Part shown: piece by piece, positions 1-10,175 of the stretch
Position numbering within the stretch: the stretch's first letter is position 1
How the letters are laid out: every line of letters starts with the position of its first letter
Assembly: GCA_040776945.1 (NCBI GenBank)
Contig: JAXGZN010000002.1
Coordinates: 480,001 to 544,000 of the forward strand
Direction: 5' to 3'
Source: Methanomassiliicoccaceae archaeon
GTDB lineage: Archaea; Thermoplasmatota; Thermoplasmata; Methanomassiliicoccales; Methanomassiliicoccaceae
Length of the DNA: 64,000 bases
Notes under the pieces: generated by a model
What the model was told of the DNA's origin: nothing
Seen by the model: only the letters and a program-made list of their open reading frames with translations
Databases searched by the model: none
Made by a program: the position numbers and the translations under genes

Positions 1-2
1 TG

Positions 3-716
3 GACTACCTGAAGCGGGACGCCTACTACACCGGAGTAGCGCACGGCACGATAGATATAGATCGGCTGCTGCAAACCGTGGGAATATTCCATGGTGACCT
101 GGTGATAAATAAAGGAGGCCTTGCCGCGGCCGAGGGGCTAATGGTGGCGAGGGCGCTGATGTACACCTCCGTATACTTCCACAAGACGGCCCGCATCGCC
201 GAGCTAATGCTGTGCAAGGCGGTGGAGCACGCGCCGCCCGAGGTGCTCGGCGATGCGCATCTTATGAACGATTGCCAGCTTGTGTCAAGGCTCATGGCCT
301 GCGGCGGAGCGACCTCAAGGATAATGACCATGCTCGAATACAGGAAACTGTACAAGAGGGCGGTGATGCTTCCGGTGTCCGGGCTGGAGGACGATAAACT
401 GGGTCGGCTGGTGGAGCTTTCGGAGTACCGACGGAGGAAGGAGAAGGAACAGGAGATCGCCGACCGTGCCGGGATCGAGGAGCACGAGGTTCTCCTGGAC
501 ATCCCGAACAGGTCCCTTCTGCTGTCCGAGCCTCGGATAGGAAAGACCGACATTCCCATACTCGACGGCGACAGGCTGAAGCCCCTTTCGCGGTACAGTC
601 CGTTGGCCAAGGCCATCCAGACCCGCGGGGTCCACGACTGGGCGGTGATGGTGTCCGCCCCCCGCGAGCACCTCGGAGAGGTGGAGCGCGCGGCCCTCCG
701 GGCATTGTTCGATTAG
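3..716 (+). CDS. HD-domain phosphohydrolase (dNTP triphosphohydrolase-like), 5'-truncated by window edge
   Basis: Frame open from base 3: DYLKRDAYYTG...MYTSVYFHKT motifs typical of the HD/SAMHD1-like family. Confidence 0.85.
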   Translation, partial: DYLKRDAYYTGVAHGTIDIDRLLQTVGIFHGDLVINKGGLAAAEGLMVARALMYTSVYFHKTARIAELMLCKAVEHAPPEVLGDAHLMNDCQLVSRLMACGGATSRIMTMLEYRKLYKRAVMLPVSGLEDDKLGRLVELSEYRRRKEKEQEIADRAGIEEHEVLLDIPNRSLLLSEPRIGKTDIPILDGDRLKPLSRYSPLAKAIQTRGVHDWAVMVSAPREHLGEVERAALRALFD

Positions 717-2173
717 CCCTTCATCACGCCGATCGGGGTCAAGCGCGCGACCTTGCGGGACAGCCCGGCGCCGACCACGACGTCGATCACCGATTCGATG
801 TTCTTGTAGGCCTCCGGGGCCTCCTCCAGGATGCCGTCCTTGGTCGCAGATTTCAGGAAGATGCCTTTGGACGACAGAGAGTCCTGAATGCCCTTCACCG
901 TGAACGAACGGATGGCCTCGTTCCTGGACATGACCCGGCCGGCCCCGTGGCAGGTGGAACCGAAAGCCTCCTCCATGGCGCGCTCGGTACCCACCAGGAC
1001 GTAGCTGCCGCTTCGCATGTCTCCCGGGATGAGCACCGGCTGGCCGATCGCGCGGTATCTATCGGGCACCTCGGGCCGATCGCGGGGGAAGGCCCTGGTG
1101 GCACCCTTGCGATGGACCACGGTCCTCCGCGGCCTGCCATCGACGGTGTGCTCCTCCATCTTGGCGATGTTGTGCGCCACGTCGTACACCTGATGCATCC
1201 CCATGCTCTCGGCGTCACGCTTAAAGTGCTCCTCGAACGACTGCCTGATCCAATGAAGTATCATCTGGCGGTTGGCCCATGCGAAGTTGGCCCCGCAGGA
1301 CATGGCCTTGAAATAGTCCTCCCCTTCCTTGGAGCGAAGAGGTGCGCAGGCCAGCTGTCTGTCCGGAAGCTGCAGCCCGCTCTTCTTGATGTAACGCTCC
1401 ATGACCTGCAGATAATCGGTGGCGATCTGGTGACCGCAGCCCCGTGAACCACAGTGCACCGAAACGGTGACCTGCCCCTCCCTTAGACCAAAGGCCTTGG
1501 CCGCCATCTCATCGAAGACCTTGTCCACGACATCGATCTCGAGGAAGTGATTCCCCGAGCCGAGGGAACCGACCTGAGGTATGCCTCTCTGCTTGGCCTT
1601 GGTGCTGACCTTGCCGGGGTCGGCGGATCTCATCCGGCCCCCTTCCTCTGTTGCCTCAAGGTCCTCAGGCCAGCCATAGCCGCTCTCCACCGCCCATTCC
1701 GCGCCCAGGAGCAAAATGTCATCTATCTTGGCGGCCGCGACATCCACGACCCCCTGCGAGCCGACCCCCGCAGGAACGTTATTGAACAGCGTCCCTATGA
1801 GGTCCTTGATGCCAGGGCGGACGTCCGCTGTCTCGAGATCGGTCGCTATCAGCCTCACTCCACAATTGATGTCGAACCCGATCCCACCGGGCGATATCAC
1901 GCCCTCTTCGGCGTCCATAGCCGCCACCCCGCCGATGGGGAACCCGTACCCCCAGTGGATATCAGGCATGGCCAGGGAGTTGCCCACGATACCTGGAAGG
2001 AACGCCACGTTGGCCGCCTGCTCTGGAGCGTTGTCCTCTCTCAGGCTGGGGACCATGCGTTCGCTCGCATAGATCACGGCGTCCGTGCGCATCCCGCTCT
2101 TATAGCTCCTCGGTATCTTCCAGCGAAATTCATCGATCTTCTCCAGCGGTCCAGCATATCTCACGGCGCTCAC
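713..2173 (-). CDS. rtcB: RNA-splicing ligase RtcB
   Basis: MPDIHWGYGFPIGG, DINCGVR, GSLGSGNHFLE, HRKGATRA, STCHGAGR motifs; ends in MKG. Confidence 0.97.
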   Translation of the reverse strand: MSAVRYAGPLEKIDEFRWKIPRSYKSGMRTDAVIYASERMVPSLREDNAPEQAANVAFLPGIVGNSLAMPDIHWGYGFPIGGVAAMDAEEGVISPGGIGFDINCGVRLIATDLETADVRPGIKDLIGTLFNNVPAGVGSQGVVDVAAAKIDDILLLGAEWAVESGYGWPEDLEATEEGGRMRSADPGKVSTKAKQRGIPQVGSLGSGNHFLEIDVVDKVFDEMAAKAFGLREGQVTVSVHCGSRGCGHQIATDYLQVMERYIKKSGLQLPDRQLACAPLRSKEGEDYFKAMSCGANFAWANRQMILHWIRQSFEEHFKRDAESMGMHQVYDVAHNIAKMEEHTVDGRPRRTVVHRKGATRAFPRDRPEVPDRYRAIGQPVLIPGDMRSGSYVLVGTERAMEEAFGSTCHGAGRVMSRNEAIRSFTVKGIQDSLSSKGIFLKSATKDGILEEAPEAYKNIESVIDVVVGAGLSRKVARLTPIGVMKG

Positions 2174-2303
2174 CGGGGCGGACTATGGGAGGCCAACGAT
2201 TTAATCTCTTTCGGAAACCGAAGATGTGTTCGCCGCCGTCTCCGGGCAGGGGAGAAGGTTTTTATCGGCCGAACACATCGTATGTAGGGGTGTTAAATCG
2301 GCA

Positions 2304-3428
2304 GTGTCGGATAGGCCTGACCCGTCGAACCAGTCGACGGAGGTTGAGGTCCGGGTCTGCAGGGACGGTGACGAGGCAGCCATAGTTCCGTTCCTCGAGG
2401 CCAACATGGGCTGGCCGGCCACCAGCACTGCCGTGGACCATATTGAGCATTGGAGATGGAAGTTCCTATCGAACCCCCTGGGCTTTCACTTGGTCTGCGT
2501 GGCCCTTCACGATGGAAAGGTCGTCTCCCATTCAGCCTCCATGCCCGTCAGGATGAAGATAGGGGACCATACGGTGATCGCGTCCCAGGGGGTGGACCTA
2601 TGCACGCACCCGGACTTCAGGGGCGCCGGCCTCATAGGCCGGACCATGGCCTGCCGCAACCAAATGAAGGACGTTCACAAGGTGGACCTTGATTTTGGTT
2701 TCCCAAACTCCGCATCGTACAAACTTAGCGTGACCAAGCAGGGCTTCCGCGACCTGGGCATCGTGATGCTCCAGCATCGCTACATCATCGACGGGGCGCA
2801 GTTCTTCCGAAAGGTCCGCTACGGCTCCATAAAAAGGTTTGGCCATTCCAGCTATCAGGTCCTCAGGCGCTCCCTCGGCCCTAGGATCGATGTAGGGGGA
2901 GGCATCACCATGGGCAGCGAGGCCGACCTGGGGAACGAGTTCGACGAGCTCTTCGAGAGGGCCAGCGGCTCTTTCGATATGATCATCGTTCGCGACAGCG
3001 GATATCTGAGGTGGAGATACTGCGACCCTCGGGCAGGCGACTTCGTCGTCCGCACAGTCAGGAACAAGGGCCGGCTGGCCGGCTACATGGTAATGCGCGA
3101 GGAGATCAAGGACGGATCCCGATTCCTAAACATCGTCGACTGCCTGGCCGACCCCCGCTCGCCCAACGCGGTCACGCTGCTGCTAAAGGACTGCATCTCC
3201 ATGGCCAAGAGCATGGACATCGAGACCGTGCTGTGCTGCCTGCCCGAGGGACACCCCTACGGCAAGAGGATGACCGAGATCGGCTTCTTGTCGCAGGTGA
3301 GGTTCACGGGGGAGCTGGAGATGAAGGTCATAGCTCTGGAGAGGGACAAGGGAGGTCCCCTGATGGCCGCTCTTACCAAGAAAGGCCTGCGCCCCCATAT
3401 CATGCTGGGGGACACGGACTGGGTATGA
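2304..3428 (+). CDS. GNAT family N-acetyltransferase (tandem GNAT folds)
   Basis: THPDFRGAGL acetyl-CoA motif, FGFPN, YLRWRY; start uncertain (ORF open from 2226). Confidence 0.8.
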   Translation: MSDRPDPSNQSTEVEVRVCRDGDEAAIVPFLEANMGWPATSTAVDHIEHWRWKFLSNPLGFHLVCVALHDGKVVSHSASMPVRMKIGDHTVIASQGVDLCTHPDFRGAGLIGRTMACRNQMKDVHKVDLDFGFPNSASYKLSVTKQGFRDLGIVMLQHRYIIDGAQFFRKVRYGSIKRFGHSSYQVLRRSLGPRIDVGGGITMGSEADLGNEFDELFERASGSFDMIIVRDSGYLRWRYCDPRAGDFVVRTVRNKGRLAGYMVMREEIKDGSRFLNIVDCLADPRSPNAVTLLLKDCISMAKSMDIETVLCCLPEGHPYGKRMTEIGFLSQVRFTGELEMKVIALERDKGGPLMAALTKKGLRPHIMLGDTDWV

Positions 3429-3491
3429 GCTCGGACCAAGCGGTCCATCCGGCCGCAGCCCGTATAGGCGACCTGCCCCTCGGTTCGCATT

Positions 3492-4739
3492 TTGCGACCA
3501 AGGTCGCTCATTATTAGTAGTCAAGGATGTTTCGTTCGACCAGTAACTGGAGGCGCGTCCATCCATTCCGCAGAGATGCTGGTGACCGGGATAGTCTGCC
3601 TTGGCATGAGCCTATTGATCATCAAGAGGAACCCCTATCTCAAGATATCTCAGCTGTTCCTTATCACCATGAGCATGGTGGCCATATATACATCCAGCAT
3701 GTTCATGCTGCGCAACGCGGGGAGCTATGAAATGGCGATCCTATTCGCTCACCTCTCGCTCACCACCGGCGTTCTGACGACCTCATCCATGCTATACTTC
3801 TCTGTTTACCCACCGTTCGATGTCCAGGGCTCATGGCCGGTGAAAAGGAAGTATAGTTTCATACTATCGGCCACGGCCGCCGCCATCATTATAGGGGCCC
3901 TGCCGGTCAAGGTCACGACCGGAAACATGGGATATTGGTGGGTCCCTACTGAATGGACCTTCTTGTGGATCGGCGCGCTGGCGGCGCTCACATTGCCGGC
4001 GGTGCTGTTCCTTAACCGTGCTTGGGACAGGGCTGAGGATGAGAGGCTCCGGCGCCGATACACCCTTCTGTCCGTAGCATTGCTCTTCCCCTTCACCATA
4101 ACCATGCTGGATGTTTTCCTGGCATGGTCGGTAGTGGACCTATACTCCCTGCTGCCGTGGGGTTTGCTGGCCACTGGTTCGATATTCGCGTTCATCATCA
4201 TCGACTATCGGCCGTTCAATCTGCCCGCTTCCGCTCCCCGGGACGAGGGGGGGACCGTCGCCATGCCCGATGTCGTCCTCCTAAGCGGTCATTGTGACCT
4301 GGTCAAGAGCAAGAAGACCGACGCGGCCTACCGCATGTTCCTGGGCGAGATGGAGAGTGGAAGCAGAGGCTTGATAATCACAAACCTCCACCCTGGGCAA
4401 GTGAAAGAGAGATACGGCCCCATCAAGGCCCAGATCTTGTGGCTTTCAAGCCAGCCGGGCAGCGATCGGCTCGACCCCACCGCCCTGACCATCATCCAAC
4501 ATACCATGGTGGACTTCCTCCAGAAGGGGGACAAGTCCGTAATCCTGCTGGACGGCTTGGACCATCTCATATCGGAGAACCAGCTGGAAAAGGTGCTGAA
4601 GCTCATCTACGCCGTGCACGATGCGGTGGTCGTCTCTGGAGCAAAGCTCATAGTGCCGGTGGACCCCCTGACCATCAACACCAAGGACCTGGCGTTCATA
4701 GAGAAGGAGTTCGTGGTCATAGAAGAGGTCCCGGCCTGA
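3492..4739 (+). CDS. Multi-TM membrane sensor-like protein with C-terminal DUF835 domain
   Basis: About 7 hydrophobic segments followed by GLIIT...WLS...ILLDGLDHLISEN...IVPVDP; true start may be ATG 3576. Confidence 0.8.
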   Translation: MRPRSLIISSQGCFVRPVTGGASIHSAEMLVTGIVCLGMSLLIIKRNPYLKISQLFLITMSMVAIYTSSMFMLRNAGSYEMAILFAHLSLTTGVLTTSSMLYFSVYPPFDVQGSWPVKRKYSFILSATAAAIIIGALPVKVTTGNMGYWWVPTEWTFLWIGALAALTLPAVLFLNRAWDRAEDERLRRRYTLLSVALLFPFTITMLDVFLAWSVVDLYSLLPWGLLATGSIFAFIIIDYRPFNLPASAPRDEGGTVAMPDVVLLSGHCDLVKSKKTDAAYRMFLGEMESGSRGLIITNLHPGQVKERYGPIKAQILWLSSQPGSDRLDPTALTIIQHTMVDFLQKGDKSVILLDGLDHLISENQLEKVLKLIYAVHDAVVVSGAKLIVPVDPLTINTKDLAFIEKEFVVIEEVPA

Positions 4740-4804
4740 ACCAGCGTTGGCCCGTCTGGTCGCCGGCGCTTCCGGCCATAAGAAGATGGATGAGCTGAAA
4801 AGGG

Positions 4805-4878
4805 GGCCGGGTCCGAGATTTGAACTCGAGTCTAGGGATCCACAGTCCCACAGGATGCCAGGCTACCCCAACCCGGCC
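4805..4878 (-). tRNA. tRNA-His(GTG)
   Basis: Reverse complement folds as a cloverleaf: acceptor GCCGGGT/ACCCGGC, anticodon loop CT-GTG-GA, T loop GTTCAAATC; G-1 encoded, CCA not encoded. Confidence 0.95.
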
Positions 4879-5104
4879 GTAGCGGCAAGCCCTCAATGCC
4901 TTAATCTAATTAAATCTTTCTTCGCTTCCAGGCCACGCTAAGGCCTACTGCAGGTAAAGGAGCACCTGAAGGAACGCATGCCCCATCGACCTGGAGCAGT
5001 GCTGTCCAAGTTCCGCAAGACCTTTGAGCGACAATATGGGGCCAATAGTGTACATATCTCTACATAACGGTTAAGTGGGGCACCCATCTTCTGAGAGCGA
5101 AAAC

Positions 5105-6028
5105 ATGAAGAAGGACGTCATTTCAGTGCTTGACCTACGTGCGGATATCTCAGATATCCTCGGCTCGGCCTTGGAGCTGAAGAAGAGGAACGACAAGAGC
5201 GGTCAGCAGCTGAAGGGCAGGACCCTAGGCATGATATTCGAGAAATCGAGCACCCGCACCCGCGTATCCTTCGAGGCAGGCATGCTGCAGCTGGGCGGCC
5301 ATACAATATATCTCAGTCAAAGGGATTCGCAGCTGGGGAGGGGAGAGACCATCGGGGACACCGCCAAGGTCCTTAGCCGGTACGTCGATGGGATCGTGTA
5401 CCGGGCGTTCAGCCACGCCAATATGCTGGAGCTCGCCCGTGCGGCAACAGTGCCGGTGATAAACGCTCTTGACGACCTCGAGCACCCTTGCCAGATCGCC
5501 GCCGACCTCATGACCATCATGGAGCGGAAGGGATCTTTCCAGGGTCTCAAGCTGGCTTACATCGGTGATGGGAACAACGTCTGCAATTCACTGTCCCTAG
5601 GGGCCGCGATCGTAGGTATGGACTTTATGGCCGCCACACCTCCGGAGCATAGGCCGGACCCAGGAGCGATCGCTTCCGCCAGATCGATCGCCGAAAAGAA
5701 CGGGGCGGTCAGCGAGGTGGTGACCTCTCCGCAGGAGGCCGCAAGGGGAGCGGACGTGATCTATACCGACACGTGGATATCCATGGGCCAGGAGGACGAG
5801 GGACGGGAGAAGATGCGTGCCCTCGCCCCATATCATGTGAGCCAAGAGCTGATGTCAATGGCCAACAAGGGAAGCATTTTCATGCACTGTCTGCCGGCCC
5901 ATCGAGGGTCGGAGGTCGCCGCAGAGGTGATCGACGGGCCGCAGAGCGTCGTATTTGACCAGGCGGAGAACAGGATGCATGCTCAGAAGGCTATCCTGAT
6001 CAAACTGATGGCCCCATCTGCGCGCTGA
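5105..6028 (+). CDS. argF: Ornithine carbamoyltransferase
   Basis: FEKSSTRTRVSF, HPCQ, FMHCLPAHRG, QAENRMH motifs. Confidence 0.97.
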   Translation: MKKDVISVLDLRADISDILGSALELKKRNDKSGQQLKGRTLGMIFEKSSTRTRVSFEAGMLQLGGHTIYLSQRDSQLGRGETIGDTAKVLSRYVDGIVYRAFSHANMLELARAATVPVINALDDLEHPCQIAADLMTIMERKGSFQGLKLAYIGDGNNVCNSLSLGAAIVGMDFMAATPPEHRPDPGAIASARSIAEKNGAVSEVVTSPQEAARGADVIYTDTWISMGQEDEGREKMRALAPYHVSQELMSMANKGSIFMHCLPAHRGSEVAAEVIDGPQSVVFDQAENRMHAQKAILIKLMAPSAR

Positions 6029-7580
6029 TGATGTCATCGATCGCCAGGAGGAACTCTTCCTCCCTCCCCTCCGGAACGGTGGCCCCGGCGGCGATGTTGT
6101 GACCTCCGCCATTGCCTCCCGCGATCTCCGCAGCGGATCTCATGGCCTGTGCGAGGTCCATGCCCCTTCGGACCAGGTCCTTGGTCCCCCGTCCCGATAC
6201 TTTGACGGTACAGGTACCATCCCCTGACTGGGCGAAGGCGATGAGAGGCCGGTCTGTCGGGAAGTTCCTGCTGCTAAGGAGCATGCCTGCGACTATGCCT
6301 ACGATGGTATCCCCTATCTCCGAGCCTCCATGGAAGTACCTGACGGCCTTAAGCTCGACCCCTTCCTTTGTCACCGTCCGAGCCATATGTGATGGGGAGA
6401 TCCTCACAAGGTCCAACGCCTCTCTGAGCCTGCGTCGATGATCGTCCTGCTGCTCGAGCGCGATGCATAGCGCTCCCTCCCGGTTCCCCAGGCATATCTG
6501 GAGCCCAACATCGGCACGCTCATGGCGGCCGCACGCGTTGAGCAGGGTGGAGAACTCCTTGGCGTCCAAGAGGGCTCTGGCGCTCGGCCTCCAAGCGAAG
6601 CCGTTGGAATCCTTGGGCGCTCCTTCCTCCAGTCCGGTCAACCATCCTAAGGGAGCGCCGGGAAGGTTCGGGGTCAACGTATACGCTTCGCCTATGAGAC
6701 GACGGACAAGAGGCAATCCCTTGCCTGAGTCCAAGATCCGTTCGACCAGAGCGCTCACTATGGTCCGCTTTTCATCCAGGCCCAACTGGCACCATGTTCT
6801 GAAGGAACCATCTTTTACGAGGACGATGCCCAGTTCTTCAAGGAAATCGATCACCGCCATCTTCTCCCCTTCCTCATCAACGGGGTCGACAAAGGCGGCA
6901 TCGGTCTTCACGCGCTCTCCAGTGATGAAGGGCATGAGCGACGGCTCCGATGAATATTGAAGAAGCGCGTGGACCGGGCGGGTCTGCCGGCCGAAGAGGC
7001 GGACATCCTTCTCCGCTGTGATCTGCCCCGAGGCAATGGCATCCCCCAGTATCGTCCGGTTGTAGCCTGCAAGCCGACCCTCGGCGGATTCCTGATAATC
7101 ACCTACTGCGCCTACCACGGCGAGCGCCGCCAGATCATCGTTATTGGGGCCCATGCGCTTCGCGACAGCATAGGTCACGCCGGCCCCTGAGACCTCCGAA
7201 GAACCATCGATGCCGAACATATGGGGGTTCACGTGACCTTTCCGTTCCGATCTCCCCCCAAGGTCCACCTGGTGGTGGTCGGTGATGATGAACCTCTCAC
7301 TGTCCAGAGAAGAGAGCGCTCCGCTGCCGAGATCGACGAACCAAACCTTCTCTGCCGGGTGGGCTGCGGCCCTATTGACCTCCAAAGCATCCAGTTTCTT
7401 GACGAACATAATCTCTCTGGGTATCTTCGCCCTGTCCAGAGCGAAGTCTGCAATGGACGCTGCGGTTATCCCGTCGGCATCGATGTGTCCGATCACCAGG
7501 ACTGACGCTGAGGACAAGAGCATTTCAGCGGCGACGGCAGCCGACGCCTCGAAGCCGTGGACGTCCCTCCCAGGCGTCAT
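6000..7580 (-). CDS. RecJ/Cdc45-like DHH phosphoesterase
   Basis: HIDADG, DLGSG, DHH, VGD, SGRG and GGGHNIAAG (DHHA1) motifs. Confidence 0.9.
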   Translation of the reverse strand: MTPGRDVHGFEASAAVAAEMLLSSASVLVIGHIDADGITAASIADFALDRAKIPREIMFVKKLDALEVNRAAAHPAEKVWFVDLGSGALSSLDSERFIITDHHQVDLGGRSERKGHVNPHMFGIDGSSEVSGAGVTYAVAKRMGPNNDDLAALAVVGAVGDYQESAEGRLAGYNRTILGDAIASGQITAEKDVRLFGRQTRPVHALLQYSSEPSLMPFITGERVKTDAAFVDPVDEEGEKMAVIDFLEELGIVLVKDGSFRTWCQLGLDEKRTIVSALVERILDSGKGLPLVRRLIGEAYTLTPNLPGAPLGWLTGLEEGAPKDSNGFAWRPSARALLDAKEFSTLLNACGRHERADVGLQICLGNREGALCIALEQQDDHRRRLREALDLVRISPSHMARTVTKEGVELKAVRYFHGGSEIGDTIVGIVAGMLLSSRNFPTDRPLIAFAQSGDGTCTVKVSGRGTKDLVRRGMDLAQAMRSAAEIAGGNGGGHNIAAGATVPEGREEEFLLAIDDIISAQMGPSV

Positions 7581-8350
7581 GCGCGGCAATCCTCGCAGAA
7601 GCTGGCTATGCGGCCCCTGAGCACACCGTAGACATGATCGGCGATGGGGCGCAGGTTCACGGTGTCCTCCTCGTTATATCTCTTGAGGAGCTTCAAGGCG
7701 TTCTTGCTTCCCGACCGCTCCCACGCCCTCCATAGATATACGGCCTCTTCCCCGGTGACGTACTCCACCTCCCTTGCCCGGCACATGCCGAGCTGCTTCT
7801 CGACGGACTTCAGTCCCCCTGCGAGCCCGATCCGGCGGCAGGCATGCCGCAGGTCGAAGTGGGGGACCCGGGGTACCATCAAAGGATAATGGAATCCCAG
7901 GATGGGAAGGTCGAAAGAACTGCCGTTGAAGGTGACAAGAAGCTTCACTCCGTCAAGGGCCTTGGCGAGAGAGGCGGAGGTAAGGTCCTGGCCCCTGACC
8001 AGGGTGGTCGAACATCCGTCGCGGTAGATCCCTACGACGGTGACGTTCGCGTACGCCGCGCGCCCGTCCGTCTCGATATCAAGGTAGGCCGCGTCCCTTT
8101 TAAACCGTTCATAAAGCCTCCAGTGCTCGGCAGTTGGCAATATCTTGGAGAAATAGTCGGTCAATCCTCGTTCGAGAAAACCATCGGCCCGATCGAGGTG
8201 TCGGTCCATGGCCTCCTTCCTCTGGGCCGATATCCCTTTGACCTTCATCTCTCCGCGGAACTCATCCCAGTCCCGGACCCCGCTCTTCCATAGGTTCCTC
8301 TCCTTACCGTTCCCCACTGAGGGCAGGATCTGAAATGTGTTCCGGATCAC
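7577..8350 (-). CDS. YprB-like RNase H-fold exonuclease (RNase_H_2)
   Basis: YLDIETDG, TFNGSSFDLP, GGLKSVEK, YNEED motifs; stop overlaps the DHH gene start. Confidence 0.88.
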   Translation of the reverse strand: MIRNTFQILPSVGNGKERNLWKSGVRDWDEFRGEMKVKGISAQRKEAMDRHLDRADGFLERGLTDYFSKILPTAEHWRLYERFKRDAAYLDIETDGRAAYANVTVVGIYRDGCSTTLVRGQDLTSASLAKALDGVKLLVTFNGSSFDLPILGFHYPLMVPRVPHFDLRHACRRIGLAGGLKSVEKQLGMCRAREVEYVTGEEAVYLWRAWERSGSKNALKLLKRYNEEDTVNLRPIADHVYGVLRGRIASFCEDCRA

Positions 8351-8472
8351 AAAGCCTCATGCCCCGCCTCGGTTGATACATCTTTCGGAGGGCCTGTCGA
8401 AAGTGCGGAGATAAAGTACAAATAGTGTTCCTTGTTTGAAACATTGCCTGAAAGGGCTGGACCGTTAAATGC

Positions 8473-9198
8473 ATGGATGAAATGGAGGTATTCGAGAACG
8501 TGTTCATCTCCTCTGACCTATGCCTGCATCTTCCTGAGGAGAGGACGGTCGTCATCGCCGACCTCCATATCGGATATGAATCTGCCCTGGAGGCCGATGG
8601 GGTCCATATACCAAGGATCCAGACTAACGCGGTCATAAGTTCCCTGAACAGGCTAGTGGACAAGCACGAGCCCGATCGCTTGGTCGTCCTGGGTGACCTG
8701 AAGCACGAGTTCAGCCGTAACCTTGGACAGGAGATGAAAGATGTCCGCGCAGTGCTGGACAGTGTCTCAGATCGGACCGAGATAGTTCTGGTCAAAGGCA
8801 ATCACGATAATTATATCGAGAACATAGTCTCCCGCATACAGGTCCCTGTGGTGCCTCGATATAGGGCGGCAGGGGTTACGTTCGTCCACGGCCACACGCC
8901 ATGCTCGGATCGACCCCTGGTGATGGCGCATGAGCATCCTTCCATAAAGATCGTGGACCGGGTAGGAGCATACCTCAAGTTGCCTTGTCATGTCTGGCTC
9001 AAGAACGAGCGCGTCCTCGTTCTCCCGGCATACAGCCCTCTCGCATCGGGAACGGACCTTACCGGCATACATTCGAACGACTGCCTGTCGCCTGTCCTTA
9101 GGGACTGTGATGTTCGCAACGCCGAAATTTTCGCATGCAGCGACATAGGCCTGTTGCCGCTTGGTAGATTATCTTCATTAGATGGTTTCAGGCTTTAG
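8473..9198 (+). CDS. Calcineurin-like metallophosphoesterase
   Basis: IADLHIG, LGDLKH, KGNHD, HGH, AHEHP motifs. Confidence 0.92.
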   Translation: MDEMEVFENVFISSDLCLHLPEERTVVIADLHIGYESALEADGVHIPRIQTNAVISSLNRLVDKHEPDRLVVLGDLKHEFSRNLGQEMKDVRAVLDSVSDRTEIVLVKGNHDNYIENIVSRIQVPVVPRYRAAGVTFVHGHTPCSDRPLVMAHEHPSIKIVDRVGAYLKLPCHVWLKNERVLVLPAYSPLASGTDLTGIHSNDCLSPVLRDCDVRNAEIFACSDIGLLPLGRLSSLDGFRL

Positions 9199-9340
9199 CG
9201 GATACGAGGTTCGTAGGCACGAGCAAAGGGGCCTAAACCCCGTTAACTGGCATCTAGGGCCGGCCCTTTTCGATGCAACATTGTAACAATCGTTTTAGAA
9301 AAAACTTTTGTCAGGCTTGAAATTTTAACCGGCGTTAAAC

Positions 9341-9375
9341 ATGGATGGTCCATCCATCCATAAAAGATTTTAATA
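9341..9375 (+). promoter_or_regulatory. Palindromic operator ATGGATGG-N5-CCATCCAT plus BRE/TATA of the corrinoid gene
   Basis: Inverted repeat 9341-9361 followed by AAAAGATTTTAATA. Confidence 0.65.
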
Positions 9376-9430
9376 CGAGGCAACCATATCCAAATTCAAA
9401 CTCTTTGTCATTTGAGGAGGGAATCAAAGT

Positions 9431-10069
9431 ATGAGCAACGAGATACTTGACAAGTTAGCTGATGTCGTAGTGAAGGGGAAGATCAAGGAAGCCAAGCCCC
9501 TTGCAGAGCAGGCCTTGGCCGCTGGGATCGACCCCAAGGTAATCATCTTCGACAGCTTGAGCAAGGCTATGGGAGTTGTAGGCCAGAAGTACGAGAGCAA
9601 GCAGTACTTCCTGCCCCAGGTCCTTCTGTCCGCTCAGACCATGTACCAGGCCCTGGATGTCACCCTGCCCAAGCTGAAGGTTGACGCCAACGCTATTCCT
9701 GGAAAGGTCGTCATCGCTGTTGTTGAGGGCGATGTGCATGATATCGGAAAGAACATCGTGAAGGCCATGCTGACCGGTGCCGGCCTGACATTGTTCGACA
9801 TGGGCCGTGACGTCCCCGTCAAGAACCTGGTCGAGAAGGCCAAGTCCGAGGGCGCCCAGATCCTTGCCACCTCCACCCTGATGACCCCCACCCTGGCGGG
9901 CATGAAGGAGATCGAGAGGATCCTGAAGGAAGAGAACCTCAAGGGCAAGGTCAAGACCGTCATCGGCGGTGGTGCGACCTCCAAGGAGTTCTCCAACCAG
10001 ATCGGGGCCAACGGCTGGGCTTACGACGCTGTCGAGGCCGTGGCTGTTGTTCAGGGCCTGCTGAAGTAA
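9431..10069 (+). CDS. Methyltransferase cognate corrinoid protein (MtaC/MtbC/MttC family)
   Basis: EGDVHDIGKNIV B12-binding motif, four-helix cap, STLMT, GGG; GAGGAGG SD. Confidence 0.95.
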   Translation: MSNEILDKLADVVVKGKIKEAKPLAEQALAAGIDPKVIIFDSLSKAMGVVGQKYESKQYFLPQVLLSAQTMYQALDVTLPKLKVDANAIPGKVVIAVVEGDVHDIGKNIVKAMLTGAGLTLFDMGRDVPVKNLVEKAKSEGAQILATSTLMTPTLAGMKEIERILKEENLKGKVKTVIGGGATSKEFSNQIGANGWAYDAVEAVAVVQGLLK

Positions 10070-10084
10070 ACCCATCACTTAACT

Positions 10085-10120
10085 GAGGGGCTCCATCCCC
10101 TCTACCTTCATGTTTTTATT
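10085..10120 (+). terminator. Putative terminator
   Basis: GAGGGG-ctccat-CCCCTC hairpin followed by T-rich tract. Confidence 0.5.
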
Positions 10121-10175
10121 CATCGTATCCTAGAATATTACATCTGCCGCCTCCGCATGGGCGGGAGGGAGCGCG

